A DNA stretch of 64,000 bases, from positions 5,089 through 69,088 of the forward strand of contig JAHFFW010000011.1 in the NCBI GenBank assembly GCA_023247725.1, in the 5' to 3' direction. This stretch comes from Candidatus Omnitrophota bacterium (GTDB lineage Bacteria > Omnitrophota > Gorgyraeia > Zapsychrales > JAHFFX01). The translations under genes were made by a program, and so were the position numbers. This document shows positions 33,926 through 44,218 of the stretch, one piece after another. The notes beneath the pieces were generated by a model, which did no database searches, was not told where the DNA came from, and saw nothing but the letters and a program-made list of their open reading frames with translations. The number at the start of each line of letters is the position of its first letter. The first letter of the stretch is position 1.

Positions 33926-34552
33926 ATGGGACGAAATTTAGGTTCAAGCTGTCGCCAGTGCCGCCGCGAAGGCGAAAAGCTTTTTTTGAAAGGGACGCGC
34001 TGTTTTACTCATAAATGCGCCGTGGACCGCCGCGAGTACGCTCCGGGACAACATGGGGCTAAAAGACCCAAGTTATCCAACTTTGGTCTGCAGCTGCGGG
34101 AAAAGCAAAAAGTGAAAAGGATTTATGGCCTCCTGGAACGGCAGTTCCGCAATTATTTCAACAACGCGGCCAAAACCAAGGGTGTTACGGGAACCATCCT
34201 ACTTCAGTCGTTGGAGCGGCGCCTCGATAGCGTGCTTTATCAGATGGGATTCGGAACCTCGCGAGCGGAAGCTCGCCAGATGGTTTCGCATGGATTTGTT
34301 CACGTGAACGGCCACCGGGTCAACATTGCTTCTTATCTGGTTCGGCCCAACGATGAGATTGAACTGAAATTTCAGAATACCGGTTTAAAGAATGTCAAAG
34401 AGAACCTGGAAGCCACGCAAGGCCGTACGCTGCCCGCGTGGCTGAGTGTGGATAAGGATCACTTTAAAGGAAAAATTCTCAGACTTCCGCAGCGGGAAGA
34501 TATCGTTTATCCGGTCAATGAGCAATTGATCGTCGAGCTTTATTCCAGATAA
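33926..34552 (+). CDS. rpsD: 30S ribosomal protein S4, zinc type
   Basis: CRQCRREG, PGQHG, LERRLD. Confidence 0.98.
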   Translation: MGRNLGSSCRQCRREGEKLFLKGTRCFTHKCAVDRREYAPGQHGAKRPKLSNFGLQLREKQKVKRIYGLLERQFRNYFNNAAKTKGVTGTILLQSLERRLDSVLYQMGFGTSRAEARQMVSHGFVHVNGHRVNIASYLVRPNDEIELKFQNTGLKNVKENLEATQGRTLPAWLSVDKDHFKGKILRLPQREDIVYPVNEQLIVELYSR

Positions 34553-34621
34553 TAATCCCAAAAGTCAAGGCTTGGCCAGAAAGCAACTTACTTTAAGTCA
34601 TCACCAATTAGGGAGGAGAAC

Positions 34622-35614
34622 ATGGGAGTTAAGTGGCGTGATTTCCAAATGCCCAAAAGGCTAGATTGCGACGAGCAGTCCTATACGAGCACCTACGGGA
34701 AATTTATTGCCGAGCCCTTCGAGCGCGGATACGGAGTAACCCTGGGCAATTCCTTGCGCCGGATCCTTTTGTCTTCCATCGAAGGGGCAGCCATCACGGC
34801 CATTCGCATTGATGGGGTGCAACATGAATTTTCTACCGTTCCGGGAGTTTTGGAACAGGTCACCGATGTTGTTTTGAACATCAAGAATCTGATTTTGCGT
34901 TCGCATTCAAAGGCGCCGAAGACCATTTATGTCAAGGCGGAAAAAAAAGGCGAGATCAAGGCCAAGGATATCATTAGCGATGAAACGATCGAGATCATCA
35001 ATCCGGATCTGCACATCGCCACGTTGACCCGCGACACGCAGTTCAATATGGAACTGGAGGTTTCGCGGGGTCGCGGTTACGTTCCGGCGGAATCCAACAA
35101 AAAAGATTCGGCCAGTGTCGGAACAATTCCGATTGATTCCATCTTCACGCCGATTGTCAAAACCAATTTTTTTGTGGAGAACACCCGCGTTGGCCAGCGC
35201 ACGGATTATGACAAGCTGATCGTGGAGATTTGGACCAACGGCAGCATCAATCCCAAAGAAGCGCTTCTTTACGGGGCCAATATCCTGCAGAGGCATTTGG
35301 ATGTTTTTGTCAGTTACGGCCAGTTGCCGGAAGAAGAGGAAGAGGAAGAAGAGATCACCGCCGAGGAGCAGGCGCTTTATGAAAAATTGCGTCTGCCCAT
35401 TTCCGAGCTAGAGTTATCCGTTCGCAGCTCCAATTGTTTGAAAGACGCCAATATCAAAACGATCGCGGATCTCGTGCGCAAACAGGAATCGGAGTTGCTG
35501 AGCTACCGGAATTTTGGCAAAAAATCCCTCTCTGAAATCAACGATCTGTTAAAGGCCATGGGATTGAATTTGGGGATGAAGGTGGATGTAAAGAAGTTAA
35601 AGAAAAAAGAATAA
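34622..35614 (+). CDS. rpoA: RNA polymerase alpha subunit
   Basis: EPFERGYG.TLGNSLRR, LELSVRSSNCL. Confidence 0.98.
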   Translation: MGVKWRDFQMPKRLDCDEQSYTSTYGKFIAEPFERGYGVTLGNSLRRILLSSIEGAAITAIRIDGVQHEFSTVPGVLEQVTDVVLNIKNLILRSHSKAPKTIYVKAEKKGEIKAKDIISDETIEIINPDLHIATLTRDTQFNMELEVSRGRGYVPAESNKKDSASVGTIPIDSIFTPIVKTNFFVENTRVGQRTDYDKLIVEIWTNGSINPKEALLYGANILQRHLDVFVSYGQLPEEEEEEEEITAEEQALYEKLRLPISELELSVRSSNCLKDANIKTIADLVRKQESELLSYRNFGKKSLSEINDLLKAMGLNLGMKVDVKKLKKKE

Positions 35615-35640
35615 AAGAGGCAAGAAACAAAGAGGAACTC

Positions 35641-36273
35641 ATGCGACACGGATTGGCCGGAAATCGATTAGGGAGAAATCAATCTCTACGTAAAGCAACG
35701 GTGAGGGACTTGGCCAAAGCCACCTTGGTTCACCAAAGGATCCTCACCACCAAGGCCAAGGCCAAAGAAGCCAGAAAACTCGTCGACCGTTTGATCACCT
35801 TGGGAAAAAAGGGCACGCTCGCGCATCGCCGAAAGGCATTTTCTATTTTGAGCGATCACGCGCTTGTGAGCGAACTTTTTAAGACAACCAGCAAACGCTT
35901 CCATAGCCGGCTAGGCGGATACACCCGCATCATCCCCTTATCCTTACGCCGAGGGGACAATGCGCAGCTCGCCTTTTTGGAATTGACGGAAAAGACAGAG
36001 GTCATTGTTTCCAAACCAAAATCCGATGCCGTTGCCAAGCCCGTGACCGTGGTCAAAGCCGAGGGCAAAAAACCGGGCAAAACGACCAAGCCCCAAGGTG
36101 AAAAAATTCCCAAGTCCGAAATAACATTGGCAGCGCAACCAAAGGAAAAACTCCATAAGCCTGAACCATCGAAGGCTCTACCAAAACCTCCTCTCAAAGA
36201 AAAACCCAAACCGTCCACGTTTATCAGCGGTTTAAAAAAGATGTTCACCAAAAGACCTCCCGGAGGAAAATAG
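35641..36273 (+). CDS. rplQ: 50S ribosomal protein L17 with ~90-aa Lys/Pro-rich tail
   Basis: MRH, GGYTRI, RRGDNA; extension after about residue 117. Confidence 0.96.
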   Translation: MRHGLAGNRLGRNQSLRKATVRDLAKATLVHQRILTTKAKAKEARKLVDRLITLGKKGTLAHRRKAFSILSDHALVSELFKTTSKRFHSRLGGYTRIIPLSLRRGDNAQLAFLELTEKTEVIVSKPKSDAVAKPVTVVKAEGKKPGKTTKPQGEKIPKSEITLAAQPKEKLHKPEPSKALPKPPLKEKPKPSTFISGLKKMFTKRPPGGK

Positions 36274-36291
36274 TTCGCTCATCCTGATCCC

Positions 36292-37476
36292 ATGAAAATC
36301 AACCGGCGCATACAGGGTTTGGTTGGTTCGAGCACCCTGGCCATCACTGCCAGGGCCAAAGAGCTTTTAAGCCAGGGAAAGGATGTTGTCAATTTTGCCG
36401 CCGGGGAGCCGGACTTCGATACGCCTGCCGATATTAAGGAAGCCGGCATCAAGGCCATTCGGGATGGTTTCACCAAATACACGCCTACGATCGGAATCCC
36501 GCAGCTGCGCGAAGCGATTGCCAATAAATTTCAAAAAGATAACGGTCTGTCTTACAAACCGAACGAGATTGCTGTTTCCTGCGGCGCTAAACATTCCATT
36601 TATAACATTATTCAAGTCCTGGCTGATGAAGGTGAAGAAGTCATTATCCCTTCTCCCTATTGGGTGAGTTATCCGGAGATGGTGAAGATTTCCGGCGCTC
36701 AAGTGAAAATCCTGCCTACCAGTGCCGCCGACGATTTTAAGGTGACTCCCGGGGCGCTTAAGGCCGCCATTACTCCCCGAACAAAAATTTTTATTCTGTG
36801 CTCGCCATCCAATCCTGCGGGTTCGGTCTATTCGAAACAGGAGTTGCAAAAAATTGCCGACCTCTGTGTCGCGAATCAAATTTATGTCATTAGCGATGAG
36901 ATCTACGAAAAATTGGTGTATGATCAAATGGTTTACAGTTCGATTGCATCTTTAGGACAACAGATATATACTTTGACCATCACCGTCAATGGAGTCTCCA
37001 AGGCCTATTCGATGACCGGTTGGCGGATTGGGTATTGCGGTGGCCCGGCGACGATCATCGACTATGTGAATAAGTTTCAGGACCATTCCACATCGAACCC
37101 GACGTCCATCAGTCAGATGGCCGCCTTGGCCGCGCTCAAGGCGCCGGAGAGTTTGGTGAAGAAGATGTGTCAGGAATTTGAAGCGAGGCGGGACCTGATG
37201 CTAAAGTGTCTGGACCAAGTTTCCCAATTAACCTACGTTCGTCCGCAGGGCGCGTTTTATGTGTTTTGTGATATTTCTCAATGGGGTCTGGATGCGTCCA
37301 CGGTAGCCCAGCGGATCCTCAATGAAGTCAATGTTGCGGTTATCCCCGGTGAGGGATTTGGCGCGCCGGGTTTTATTCGCTTGAGCTTTACCACATCCCA
37401 AGAAAGAATTCGGGAGGGAGTCCGACGCATCGGGCAGTGGGCCCAACAATGTTCGGTTAAGCCGGTCCTTTCTTGA
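36292..37476 (+). CDS. PLP-dependent aminotransferase class I/II (aspartate aminotransferase-like)
   Basis: GEPDF, SPSNPAG, SDEIY, SKAYSMTGWRIG. Confidence 0.93.
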   Translation: MKINRRIQGLVGSSTLAITARAKELLSQGKDVVNFAAGEPDFDTPADIKEAGIKAIRDGFTKYTPTIGIPQLREAIANKFQKDNGLSYKPNEIAVSCGAKHSIYNIIQVLADEGEEVIIPSPYWVSYPEMVKISGAQVKILPTSAADDFKVTPGALKAAITPRTKIFILCSPSNPAGSVYSKQELQKIADLCVANQIYVISDEIYEKLVYDQMVYSSIASLGQQIYTLTITVNGVSKAYSMTGWRIGYCGGPATIIDYVNKFQDHSTSNPTSISQMAALAALKAPESLVKKMCQEFEARRDLMLKCLDQVSQLTYVRPQGAFYVFCDISQWGLDASTVAQRILNEVNVAVIPGEGFGAPGFIRLSFTTSQERIREGVRRIGQWAQQCSVKPVLS

Positions 37477-37527
37477 AAGGAATCGGGGAATAAAGAAGAA
37501 TTTCGAGAAGATGTCGGAGGAGAATTT

Positions 37528-38613
37528 ATGGAATTAAGGGACCTACTGCTTTTGGCGATTCAGGAACGAGCCTCCGACTTGCATTTGACCGAAGGAACGC
37601 CACCGGTTTTGCGTGTGGATGGGCGGCTGGTCGGGACCAAACTGGAACCCATGAACCGCGAGCATATGAAAAAAATTGTTTATGGGATCCTCACCGACGA
37701 ACAAAAAGAAAAATTTGAGAAAGACAAGGAGCTGGATTTTTCCCTGGCGATTTCGGGTTTGGACCGTTTTCGGGTCAATGTGCACATCCAGAGAGGGGCG
37801 GTGGAGGCGGCGTTTCGACGCATTCCGCTGTTTGTTCCTGACATCGCTGACTTAGGCCTTCCGGACATTGTCTGCGACATGGCGCGCAAACCTAGCGGTT
37901 TGGTTTTAGTGACTGGCCCGACGGGAACCGGTAAAACAACGACCCTCGCAGCGATGATCAATCTCATTAATCAAGAACGCTCGGCCTTGATCGTTTGTAT
38001 TGAAGACCCCATTGAATACATCCATACCAACAAAAAATCCCTCATCAAACAAAGGGAGGTCTACAGCGACACTCATTCGTTTGCCGATGCCCTCAAGCGC
38101 TGCTTGCGTCAGGACCCCAATGTCATTGTCGTCGGAGAAATGCGGGACCTGGAAACAATTTCGACGGCGCTAACCGCGGCGGAAACCGGTCACCTGGTTT
38201 TGGCCACCTTGCATACCCCCGATGCCCCCCAGACCGTTGAGCGCATCATTGACGTTTTTCCTCCGCATCAACAACAACAGGTCAAGCTGCAATTGGCCTC
38301 GTGTTTGCAAGGAGTGATTTCTCAGCTGCTTCTTCCCAGGGCCAAAGGAGACGGGAGGGTCGTTGCCATCGAGGTCATGATTGCTACTCCTGGCATCCGA
38401 AATTTGATTCGTGAACAGGCCATTGAACAAATTCCCACGGCCATTCAAACCGGCAGTCAGTATGGCATGCGCACCATGGATCGTTCTTTGCGTGATCTTT
38501 ATATGGAAGGTGTGATTTCCTACGAGACCGCGATCGTGAAGGTCAAGAACGTCGAAGAATTCAAACAGCTTTTGGCCGTTCAGCAGCAACAAAAAACCCC
38601 TTTGCGGAGATAA
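37528..38613 (+). CDS. pilT: Type IV pilus retraction ATPase PilT family
   Basis: [37 protein letters not shown]. Confidence 0.9.
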   Translation: MELRDLLLLAIQERASDLHLTEGTPPVLRVDGRLVGTKLEPMNREHMKKIVYGILTDEQKEKFEKDKELDFSLAISGLDRFRVNVHIQRGAVEAAFRRIPLFVPDIADLGLPDIVCDMARKPSGLVLVTGPTGTGKTTTLAAMINLINQERSALIVCIEDPIEYIHTNKKSLIKQREVYSDTHSFADALKRCLRQDPNVIVVGEMRDLETISTALTAAETGHLVLATLHTPDAPQTVERIIDVFPPHQQQQVKLQLASCLQGVISQLLLPRAKGDGRVVAIEVMIATPGIRNLIREQAIEQIPTAIQTGSQYGMRTMDRSLRDLYMEGVISYETAIVKVKNVEEFKQLLAVQQQQKTPLRR

Positions 38614-38621
38614 TATTACCA

Positions 38622-39704
38622 ATGGCTTACCCAGTCACCTTGCTGCCGGGTGATGGCATCGGACCAGAAGTTGCCCAGGCCATGAAAAAATGTGTCGAGG
38701 CAACTGGCGTTGCGATAGCCTGGGATGAACAGCCCGTCGGAGAATTCGCCATTAAGAAGTATGGAACACCCCTGCCGGATCATGTCCTTGATTCCATTCG
38801 CAAAAATAAGGTTGCCATCAAAGGCCCCATTGTCACTCCCGTGGGCAAGGGCTTTCGTTCCGTCAATGTGGCCTTGCGCCAGGCGCTGGATTTATTTGCC
38901 TGTGTGCGTCCCTGCCAGTATATGGAGGGAACCAAATCCATCGCCAAAGGTGTGGACCTCGTGATCTTTCGGGAGAATACGGAAGATTTGTATGCGGGGA
39001 TCGAATTTGATCTGGGCACAAGCGATGCTAAACATCTGATACAGGAAATCAATGCCCTCTCCACCAGAAAAATCCGCGATGATTCCGCCATTTCGATTAA
39101 ACCCATTTCGGTTTTTGCCTCACGGCGGATCATCAAATTCGCTTTTGATTATGCGGTGAAAAACAATCGCCGCAAGGTGACGGCGATCCACAAGGCTAAT
39201 ATCATGAAATTCACCGACGGCCTTTTTTTGAAAACCGCCCGTGAGGTCGCCCAGGAATATCAAGGCAGGGTCGAATTTGAGGATGTGATCGTGGACAATA
39301 TGTGTATGCAGCTGGTGCAGCGGCCGGAGTTTTTTGATGTGCTGGTTCTGCCCAATCTTTATGGGGACATTGTGTCCGATTTATGCGCGGGGCTGATCGG
39401 TGGATTGGGAATTGCCCCCGGGGCGAATATCGGGGACACGATCGCCTTATTTGAACCGGTGCACGGCTCTGCCCCCAAATACGCCGGAAAAAACAAGGTT
39501 AATCCCACCGCCTCGATTCTTTCTGGAGTTTTGATGCTTCGGCACTTAAAAGAGGAAAAGGCTGCCGAACGTTTGGAAATGGCTGTCCGCGATGTGATCA
39601 AGGAAGGAAAATTCGTCACCTATGATCTCAAAGCCGACCGTAATGACCCCACCGCCGTCGGCACGCAGGAAATGGCCGAGGCTATTTGCCGCAGAATTCA
39701 TTGA
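38622..39704 (+). CDS. Isocitrate/isopropylmalate dehydrogenase family, likely NAD-type IDH
   Basis: [33 protein letters not shown]. Confidence 0.9.
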   Translation: MAYPVTLLPGDGIGPEVAQAMKKCVEATGVAIAWDEQPVGEFAIKKYGTPLPDHVLDSIRKNKVAIKGPIVTPVGKGFRSVNVALRQALDLFACVRPCQYMEGTKSIAKGVDLVIFRENTEDLYAGIEFDLGTSDAKHLIQEINALSTRKIRDDSAISIKPISVFASRRIIKFAFDYAVKNNRRKVTAIHKANIMKFTDGLFLKTAREVAQEYQGRVEFEDVIVDNMCMQLVQRPEFFDVLVLPNLYGDIVSDLCAGLIGGLGIAPGANIGDTIALFEPVHGSAPKYAGKNKVNPTASILSGVLMLRHLKEEKAAERLEMAVRDVIKEGKFVTYDLKADRNDPTAVGTQEMAEAICRRIH

Positions 39705-39786
39705 TCCTCAGCTTTTGCATTTTTGCTTAAAGGTTCTCGCCTTGTTTCTTTTATCCTTTGCCAATTGAATTCTTTTCATACCGACG

Positions 39787-40437
39787 ATGATTGATTCCAA
39801 ATTACGGATCGAGGATTTGGGGTTTGTGGAGTATTCCTCCGCCTGGGAATTTCAAAAAAAAATTGTCCAAGCGGTCGCGGCCGGAGGTCCTGCGACCCTC
39901 ATTTTATGCGAACATCCGGCGGTTCTGACGCTGGGCCGACTCGCCAAACCAGAATACATCCTCGCTTCGGAAAACGAACTTAAAGAAAAAGGAATTCGAA
40001 TCATTCGGATCGATCGCGGTGGAGAGGTGACTTTGCATGCACCGGGTCAGCTCGTTGTTTACCCTATTCTAAGGCTCGCTGGTCACGGACAAGATCTAAG
40101 AATTTATCTGGAACGATTGGAACAAGTTGCCATTGATTTATTAAATGATTTTGGTATAGTGGCTGGGGGTTTTCCCGGACAACGCGGCGTTTGGGTAGGT
40201 TCCAGAAAAATTGTTTCCATTGGGATCGGCGTCAAGAAGTGGGTCTCTTTCCATGGCCTGGCGATCAACGTCAATACGGATTTGGCCTTATTTCAAGTCA
40301 TTCGACCCTGCGGTCTTTTGGTCGAGATGACTTCCATGGCTCAAGAAAAATGCGGAGCAATCGACATGGACGAGGTCAAAACATCTTTCCTGCACAAATT
40401 CCAAAAACATTTTTTCCCAAGTCCAATCCATGAATGA
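39787..40437 (+). CDS. lipB: Octanoyltransferase LipB
   Basis: EHPAV.T.G, RGGEVT.H.PGQ, HGLAIN, PCG. Confidence 0.93.
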   Translation: MIDSKLRIEDLGFVEYSSAWEFQKKIVQAVAAGGPATLILCEHPAVLTLGRLAKPEYILASENELKEKGIRIIRIDRGGEVTLHAPGQLVVYPILRLAGHGQDLRIYLERLEQVAIDLLNDFGIVAGGFPGQRGVWVGSRKIVSIGIGVKKWVSFHGLAINVNTDLALFQVIRPCGLLVEMTSMAQEKCGAIDMDEVKTSFLHKFQKHFFPSPIHE

Positions 40438-40663
40438 AGTCTTTTTGCCGGAATTAGGAGAGGGGATCAAAAAAGCCACGGTGGCCTGCTGGCATGTGAA
40501 ACCCGGCGAGATGGTTACTCTCGACGAAGATTTGGTGGAAGTCGTGACCGATAAAGCCAGCTTTTGCATTCCTGCGCCCAAAACTGGACGGCTGCAAAAT
40601 ATCCTCATCGCAGCCGGAGAAGAAGCAACAATTGGCGAGGTATTAGGGATCATCGGATCATAA
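40430..40663 (+). CDS. Stand-alone lipoyl-domain protein
   Basis: LPELGEG, WHVKPG, EVVTDKA lipoylation motif; 77 aa only. Confidence 0.85.
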   Translation: MNEVFLPELGEGIKKATVACWHVKPGEMVTLDEDLVEVVTDKASFCIPAPKTGRLQNILIAAGEEATIGEVLGIIGS

Positions 40664-41838
40664 TGGTCTACGAGCTCACCCAACCCCGGCGGATTCTTCT
40701 CATGTATATCACCAGGGTCTCTGGCCATCGGACGGCGACCATCGCCATTGAAAAGGCCATCAAGACCTTGGATCCGACCGCCGAGGTCATGAGCATTAAC
40801 GGTTTCGGTTACACCTATCCTATTTTGGAAAAGGTCGTCAATCGAGCCTATATGGGAATCATCAAGCGCACTCCGAAAGTGTGGGACTATCTCTACGATA
40901 ATCCCGATGTCCTCAAACGCACTCAAAAACTTAAAAATTTTCTTCATAAGACCAGCCACGAAAAACTTTCGATCCTTTTTGAACAATTCCAGCCAGACAC
41001 CGTGGTTTGCACGCAAGCCTTTCCCTGTGGCATGGTGGCTGACTACAAATTGGCGCAACGTCAACCTCTGACCATTATGGGGGTTCTCACCGATTATGCG
41101 CCGCATTCCTTTTGGCTTCACGAAGGGGTTGACTATTATATTGTTCCTTCCGAGGATGCCCGCTGGAAGTTTCTCCTCAAAGGCGTCGATGAACAACGGA
41201 TTAAATTATTTGGAATCCCGATCCACGCCAATTTTTCTGTGAGCAAAGATAAAGCGGATATCGCCAAGAAGATCGGGATTGATTTACAATTTCCCACAAT
41301 CCTCATTATGGGAGGCGGGCAGGGACTAGGACCCATCAAAGAAGTGGTTAATGCTCTTGCCGGGGTCAAAACTCCCTTGCAATTAGTGGTTGTGGCCGGA
41401 GTCAATCAGAGATTGATCCGCTGGCTCAAAAGGTTTTCGCTCCCTTCGGATAAACGCATGAAAATTTATGAATATGTCGATAATGTCGATGAATTCATGG
41501 AGGTTGCGACCCTCATTATCACCAAGCCCGGCGGAATGACGACCTCAGAATGCCTCGCCAAAGGGTTACCCATGGTCATCATAAATCCCTTGCCCGGACA
41601 GGAGATGCGCAATACGGATTTTCTTCTACAGAATGGGATTGCGATCCGCATCGATAAAACCAGCGATATGGCGGAAGAGATTGAGCTGCTTTTGCGCAAT
41701 CCCCGCAAACTGGACGATATGCGCCAGGCGGCCTTGGCCCACGGAAGGCCGCATGCCGGACTTGATATTGCGCGTCTGATCTTGAAATCGCCAACCGACC
41801 AACCGATGTCCCCGGATGCGAATCTGGCGGCGTTATAA
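40663..41838 (+). CDS. GT28 MGDG-synthase/UgtP-like glycosyltransferase
   Basis: SGH, VLTDY, GGGQG, TKPGG, PGQE; TAATG overlap at 40663. Confidence 0.85.
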   Translation: MVYELTQPRRILLMYITRVSGHRTATIAIEKAIKTLDPTAEVMSINGFGYTYPILEKVVNRAYMGIIKRTPKVWDYLYDNPDVLKRTQKLKNFLHKTSHEKLSILFEQFQPDTVVCTQAFPCGMVADYKLAQRQPLTIMGVLTDYAPHSFWLHEGVDYYIVPSEDARWKFLLKGVDEQRIKLFGIPIHANFSVSKDKADIAKKIGIDLQFPTILIMGGGQGLGPIKEVVNALAGVKTPLQLVVVAGVNQRLIRWLKRFSLPSDKRMKIYEYVDNVDEFMEVATLIITKPGGMTTSECLAKGLPMVIINPLPGQEMRNTDFLLQNGIAIRIDKTSDMAEEIELLLRNPRKLDDMRQAALAHGRPHAGLDIARLILKSPTDQPMSPDANLAAL

Positions 41839-41857
41839 GCCGCCACTTCGTGAACGC

Positions 41858-42718
41858 ATGTTTAAGTTTTTCATCTATAAGTTCGGCCAATTTTGTGTCA
41901 ATCGCCTGCCTTTGCCCGTGGCTTATTCGATCGCTTCGTTTCTGTCGGATTTGCATTACTGGTTTTCTTTCCGGGACCGCCGCGCGGTCAAAAATAATTT
42001 GAAAGTGATCATGGGCCCGGAGGCTGATGTGAGTTTTGTCGCGCGGGAAGTCTTCCGGAATTTTGGCAAATACCTCGTCGAATTCTTTTGCATGGCCAAA
42101 AATCTGAACGGAGATTATATTCAGCGCAACGTGGAGATCAAAAACCTGGACCGTTTAGAAAATGTGCTCAAAAAAGGCAAGGGCGGCATCATCCTCACGG
42201 CCCACATTGGCAATTGGGAAATGGGTGGAATGGTTTTAAGCAAATTAGGCTATTGCCTCATGGGCATCGCGCTGCCGCATAAAGAGCGGCCGGTCAATGA
42301 TCTTTTTAATCAGCAGCGTCAGTCGCAGGGAATTACCGTTGTTCAAACCAACATTGCCGTGCGCCGTTGTCTGGAGATGCTCAAAGACAATGGATTGATT
42401 GCGCTTTTGGCTGACCGGGATTTTAGTTTGAATGGCGAGGTCATGAACTTCCTTAACCGCAAGGCCCTGATCCCCAAGGGGGCTGCGGTTTTTTCCGTTA
42501 AGACCCTGGCGCCGATTCTGCCAACCTTTTTCATTCGGCAAGCCAATGACCGCTTTGTCCTGATTTTTGAGGAACCGATTCAGCCGCCCGAAGGCACCCA
42601 TGCCGATGAAGAAGATCGCTACTTGCAATTGATGCGCCGGTATACGGATGTTATGGAAGAAAAGATCAAGGCCTATCCCAGCCAGTGGCTCATGTTTCGG
42701 GAGTTTTGGATCAAATGA
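41858..42718 (+). CDS. Lipid A lauroyl / PIM acyltransferase family protein
   Basis: AHIGNWE (Hx4E), ADRD, P.QW..F. Confidence 0.85.
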   Translation: MFKFFIYKFGQFCVNRLPLPVAYSIASFLSDLHYWFSFRDRRAVKNNLKVIMGPEADVSFVAREVFRNFGKYLVEFFCMAKNLNGDYIQRNVEIKNLDRLENVLKKGKGGIILTAHIGNWEMGGMVLSKLGYCLMGIALPHKERPVNDLFNQQRQSQGITVVQTNIAVRRCLEMLKDNGLIALLADRDFSLNGEVMNFLNRKALIPKGAAVFSVKTLAPILPTFFIRQANDRFVLIFEEPIQPPEGTHADEEDRYLQLMRRYTDVMEEKIKAYPSQWLMFREFWIK

Positions 42719-43389
42719 ACAATTGCATCTTAATCCCCGTGCACAATGAAGCGGCCATGATTGGAAATCTTGTGGCCCAGCTCAAGGCCCAGAATTTGCC
42801 GGTAGTGGTCGTCGATGACGGATCGTTGGATGAGTCCGGCCTCATCGCACAAAAAAATGGAGCTTACGTGATCCGTCACGAAAGCAAAAAAGGGAAGGGT
42901 CAGGCCTTGCAAACTGGGTTTGCTTATCTTCGGCAACAGAATTTTGACAATGTGGTCATCATGGACGGCGATGGTCAGCACGCTGTGGAAGACCTGCCGA
43001 AATTTTTTGCCAGCGCCCAACAGTTTCCCAACAGCATAATCGCCGGAAGCCGGATGAATAACCCCAAAGGAATGCCATGGGTGCGCTATTGGACCAATCG
43101 ATTCACCTCAGCCCTCATTTCCAGGGTGTGCCAACAGTCCATCCCAGACACTCAATGTGGATTTCGTTTGATTAGCCTCGCGATCCTTCGGCAGATTCAA
43201 CTCACGTCGTCGGATTACGAAATTGAAAGCGAAATCCTCATTAAGGCGGCAAAAAAGGGTTTTAGGATTTATTCTATCCCGATCAAAACCATCTACCGCA
43301 ATGAAGCGAGCAAAATCAATCCGCTATTAGACACCTACCGTTTCTTTGCCTATTTGATCCGCGAGTTATGGACGTCCAAAATCCGGTAG
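42715..43389 (+). CDS. GT2 glycosyltransferase, DPM1-like
   Basis: IPVHNE, VDDGS, DGDGQH, DTQCGFR. Confidence 0.9.
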   Translation: MNNCILIPVHNEAAMIGNLVAQLKAQNLPVVVVDDGSLDESGLIAQKNGAYVIRHESKKGKGQALQTGFAYLRQQNFDNVVIMDGDGQHAVEDLPKFFASAQQFPNSIIAGSRMNNPKGMPWVRYWTNRFTSALISRVCQQSIPDTQCGFRLISLAILRQIQLTSSDYEIESEILIKAAKKGFRIYSIPIKTIYRNEASKINPLLDTYRFFAYLIRELWTSKIR

Positions 43390-43449
43390 ACAAATCTGCC
43401 GTTGTGTTTTTGCCCGGGGTGTGGGAAAATTTGGCTTAAGAATAAAGGA

Positions 43450-44163
43450 ATGATGAATCGAATCGAAACTATCTCTTTGCCTGAACAAAAAATCCTGACC
43501 GTAACACTCATCATCTCGATTGTTGTGCATAGTCTTTTTTTGCTCAACGTCTCGAGCTTGCGCCTGTTTCGAGCGCAGAAGATTTTAAAGCCAGTCGATA
43601 TTGTATACTTCAAACCCAAGGTGGAAAAAAAGACGGAAAAGCCTCAGGACAAAAAAAATGTTCGCGAGTTAAAGAGCATCAAGCAAGAAAAGTTGGTGGA
43701 TTCGAAAGTGCTGTTAAAAAAAGATTCAGGCGGTTCACCCCTTATTAAAGATATGAACAAACTGGGTTTGGGCGCAACCAAACTGGCACAGAAGCCAGCC
43801 CAAATGGATCGGATGCCTGTCGAACGACGGATTTCGGTTCCACCGATCAAATCCGAGAAGATCAACAATCCCATTTACCTTAATTATTATCAAAGCGTTA
43901 GAATGCGGATCAAGGAACAGGCCTACCGCAATTATACGGACTATACCTCTGGAGAGGTCTATCTGACCTTTGTTCTCCTTTCAGACGGATCGCTCAAACA
44001 ACTTAAGCTCATCGAAGAGAAGACCAATGCCAATTCCAGCCTAAGGACCGTAGGGTTAAAAAGCATCAAAGAATCTAATCCCTTTCCTCCCTTTCCGGCC
44101 GACTTGCGATATCCGGAACTCTCCTTTAATGTCGTCATTTCCTTTGAGGTGAAAGAAAAGTAG
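43450..44163 (+). CDS. TonB/TolA C-terminal domain membrane protein
   Basis: TM with SIVVH (Sx3H), Lys-rich linker, C-terminal PFPPFP. Confidence 0.7.
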   Translation: MMNRIETISLPEQKILTVTLIISIVVHSLFLLNVSSLRLFRAQKILKPVDIVYFKPKVEKKTEKPQDKKNVRELKSIKQEKLVDSKVLLKKDSGGSPLIKDMNKLGLGATKLAQKPAQMDRMPVERRISVPPIKSEKINNPIYLNYYQSVRMRIKEQAYRNYTDYTSGEVYLTFVLLSDGSLKQLKLIEEKTNANSSLRTVGLKSIKESNPFPPFPADLRYPELSFNVVISFEVKEK

Positions 44164-44218
44164 TCTTTTTAATTTTATTTTCATCGGTTTTTAATGTTTC
44201 TTTCCATACAATGAAGCT

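Noticed and set aside
35328-35353. Poly-Glu run in RpoA
   Set aside because: Ordinary acidic NTD-CTD linker with mixed codons
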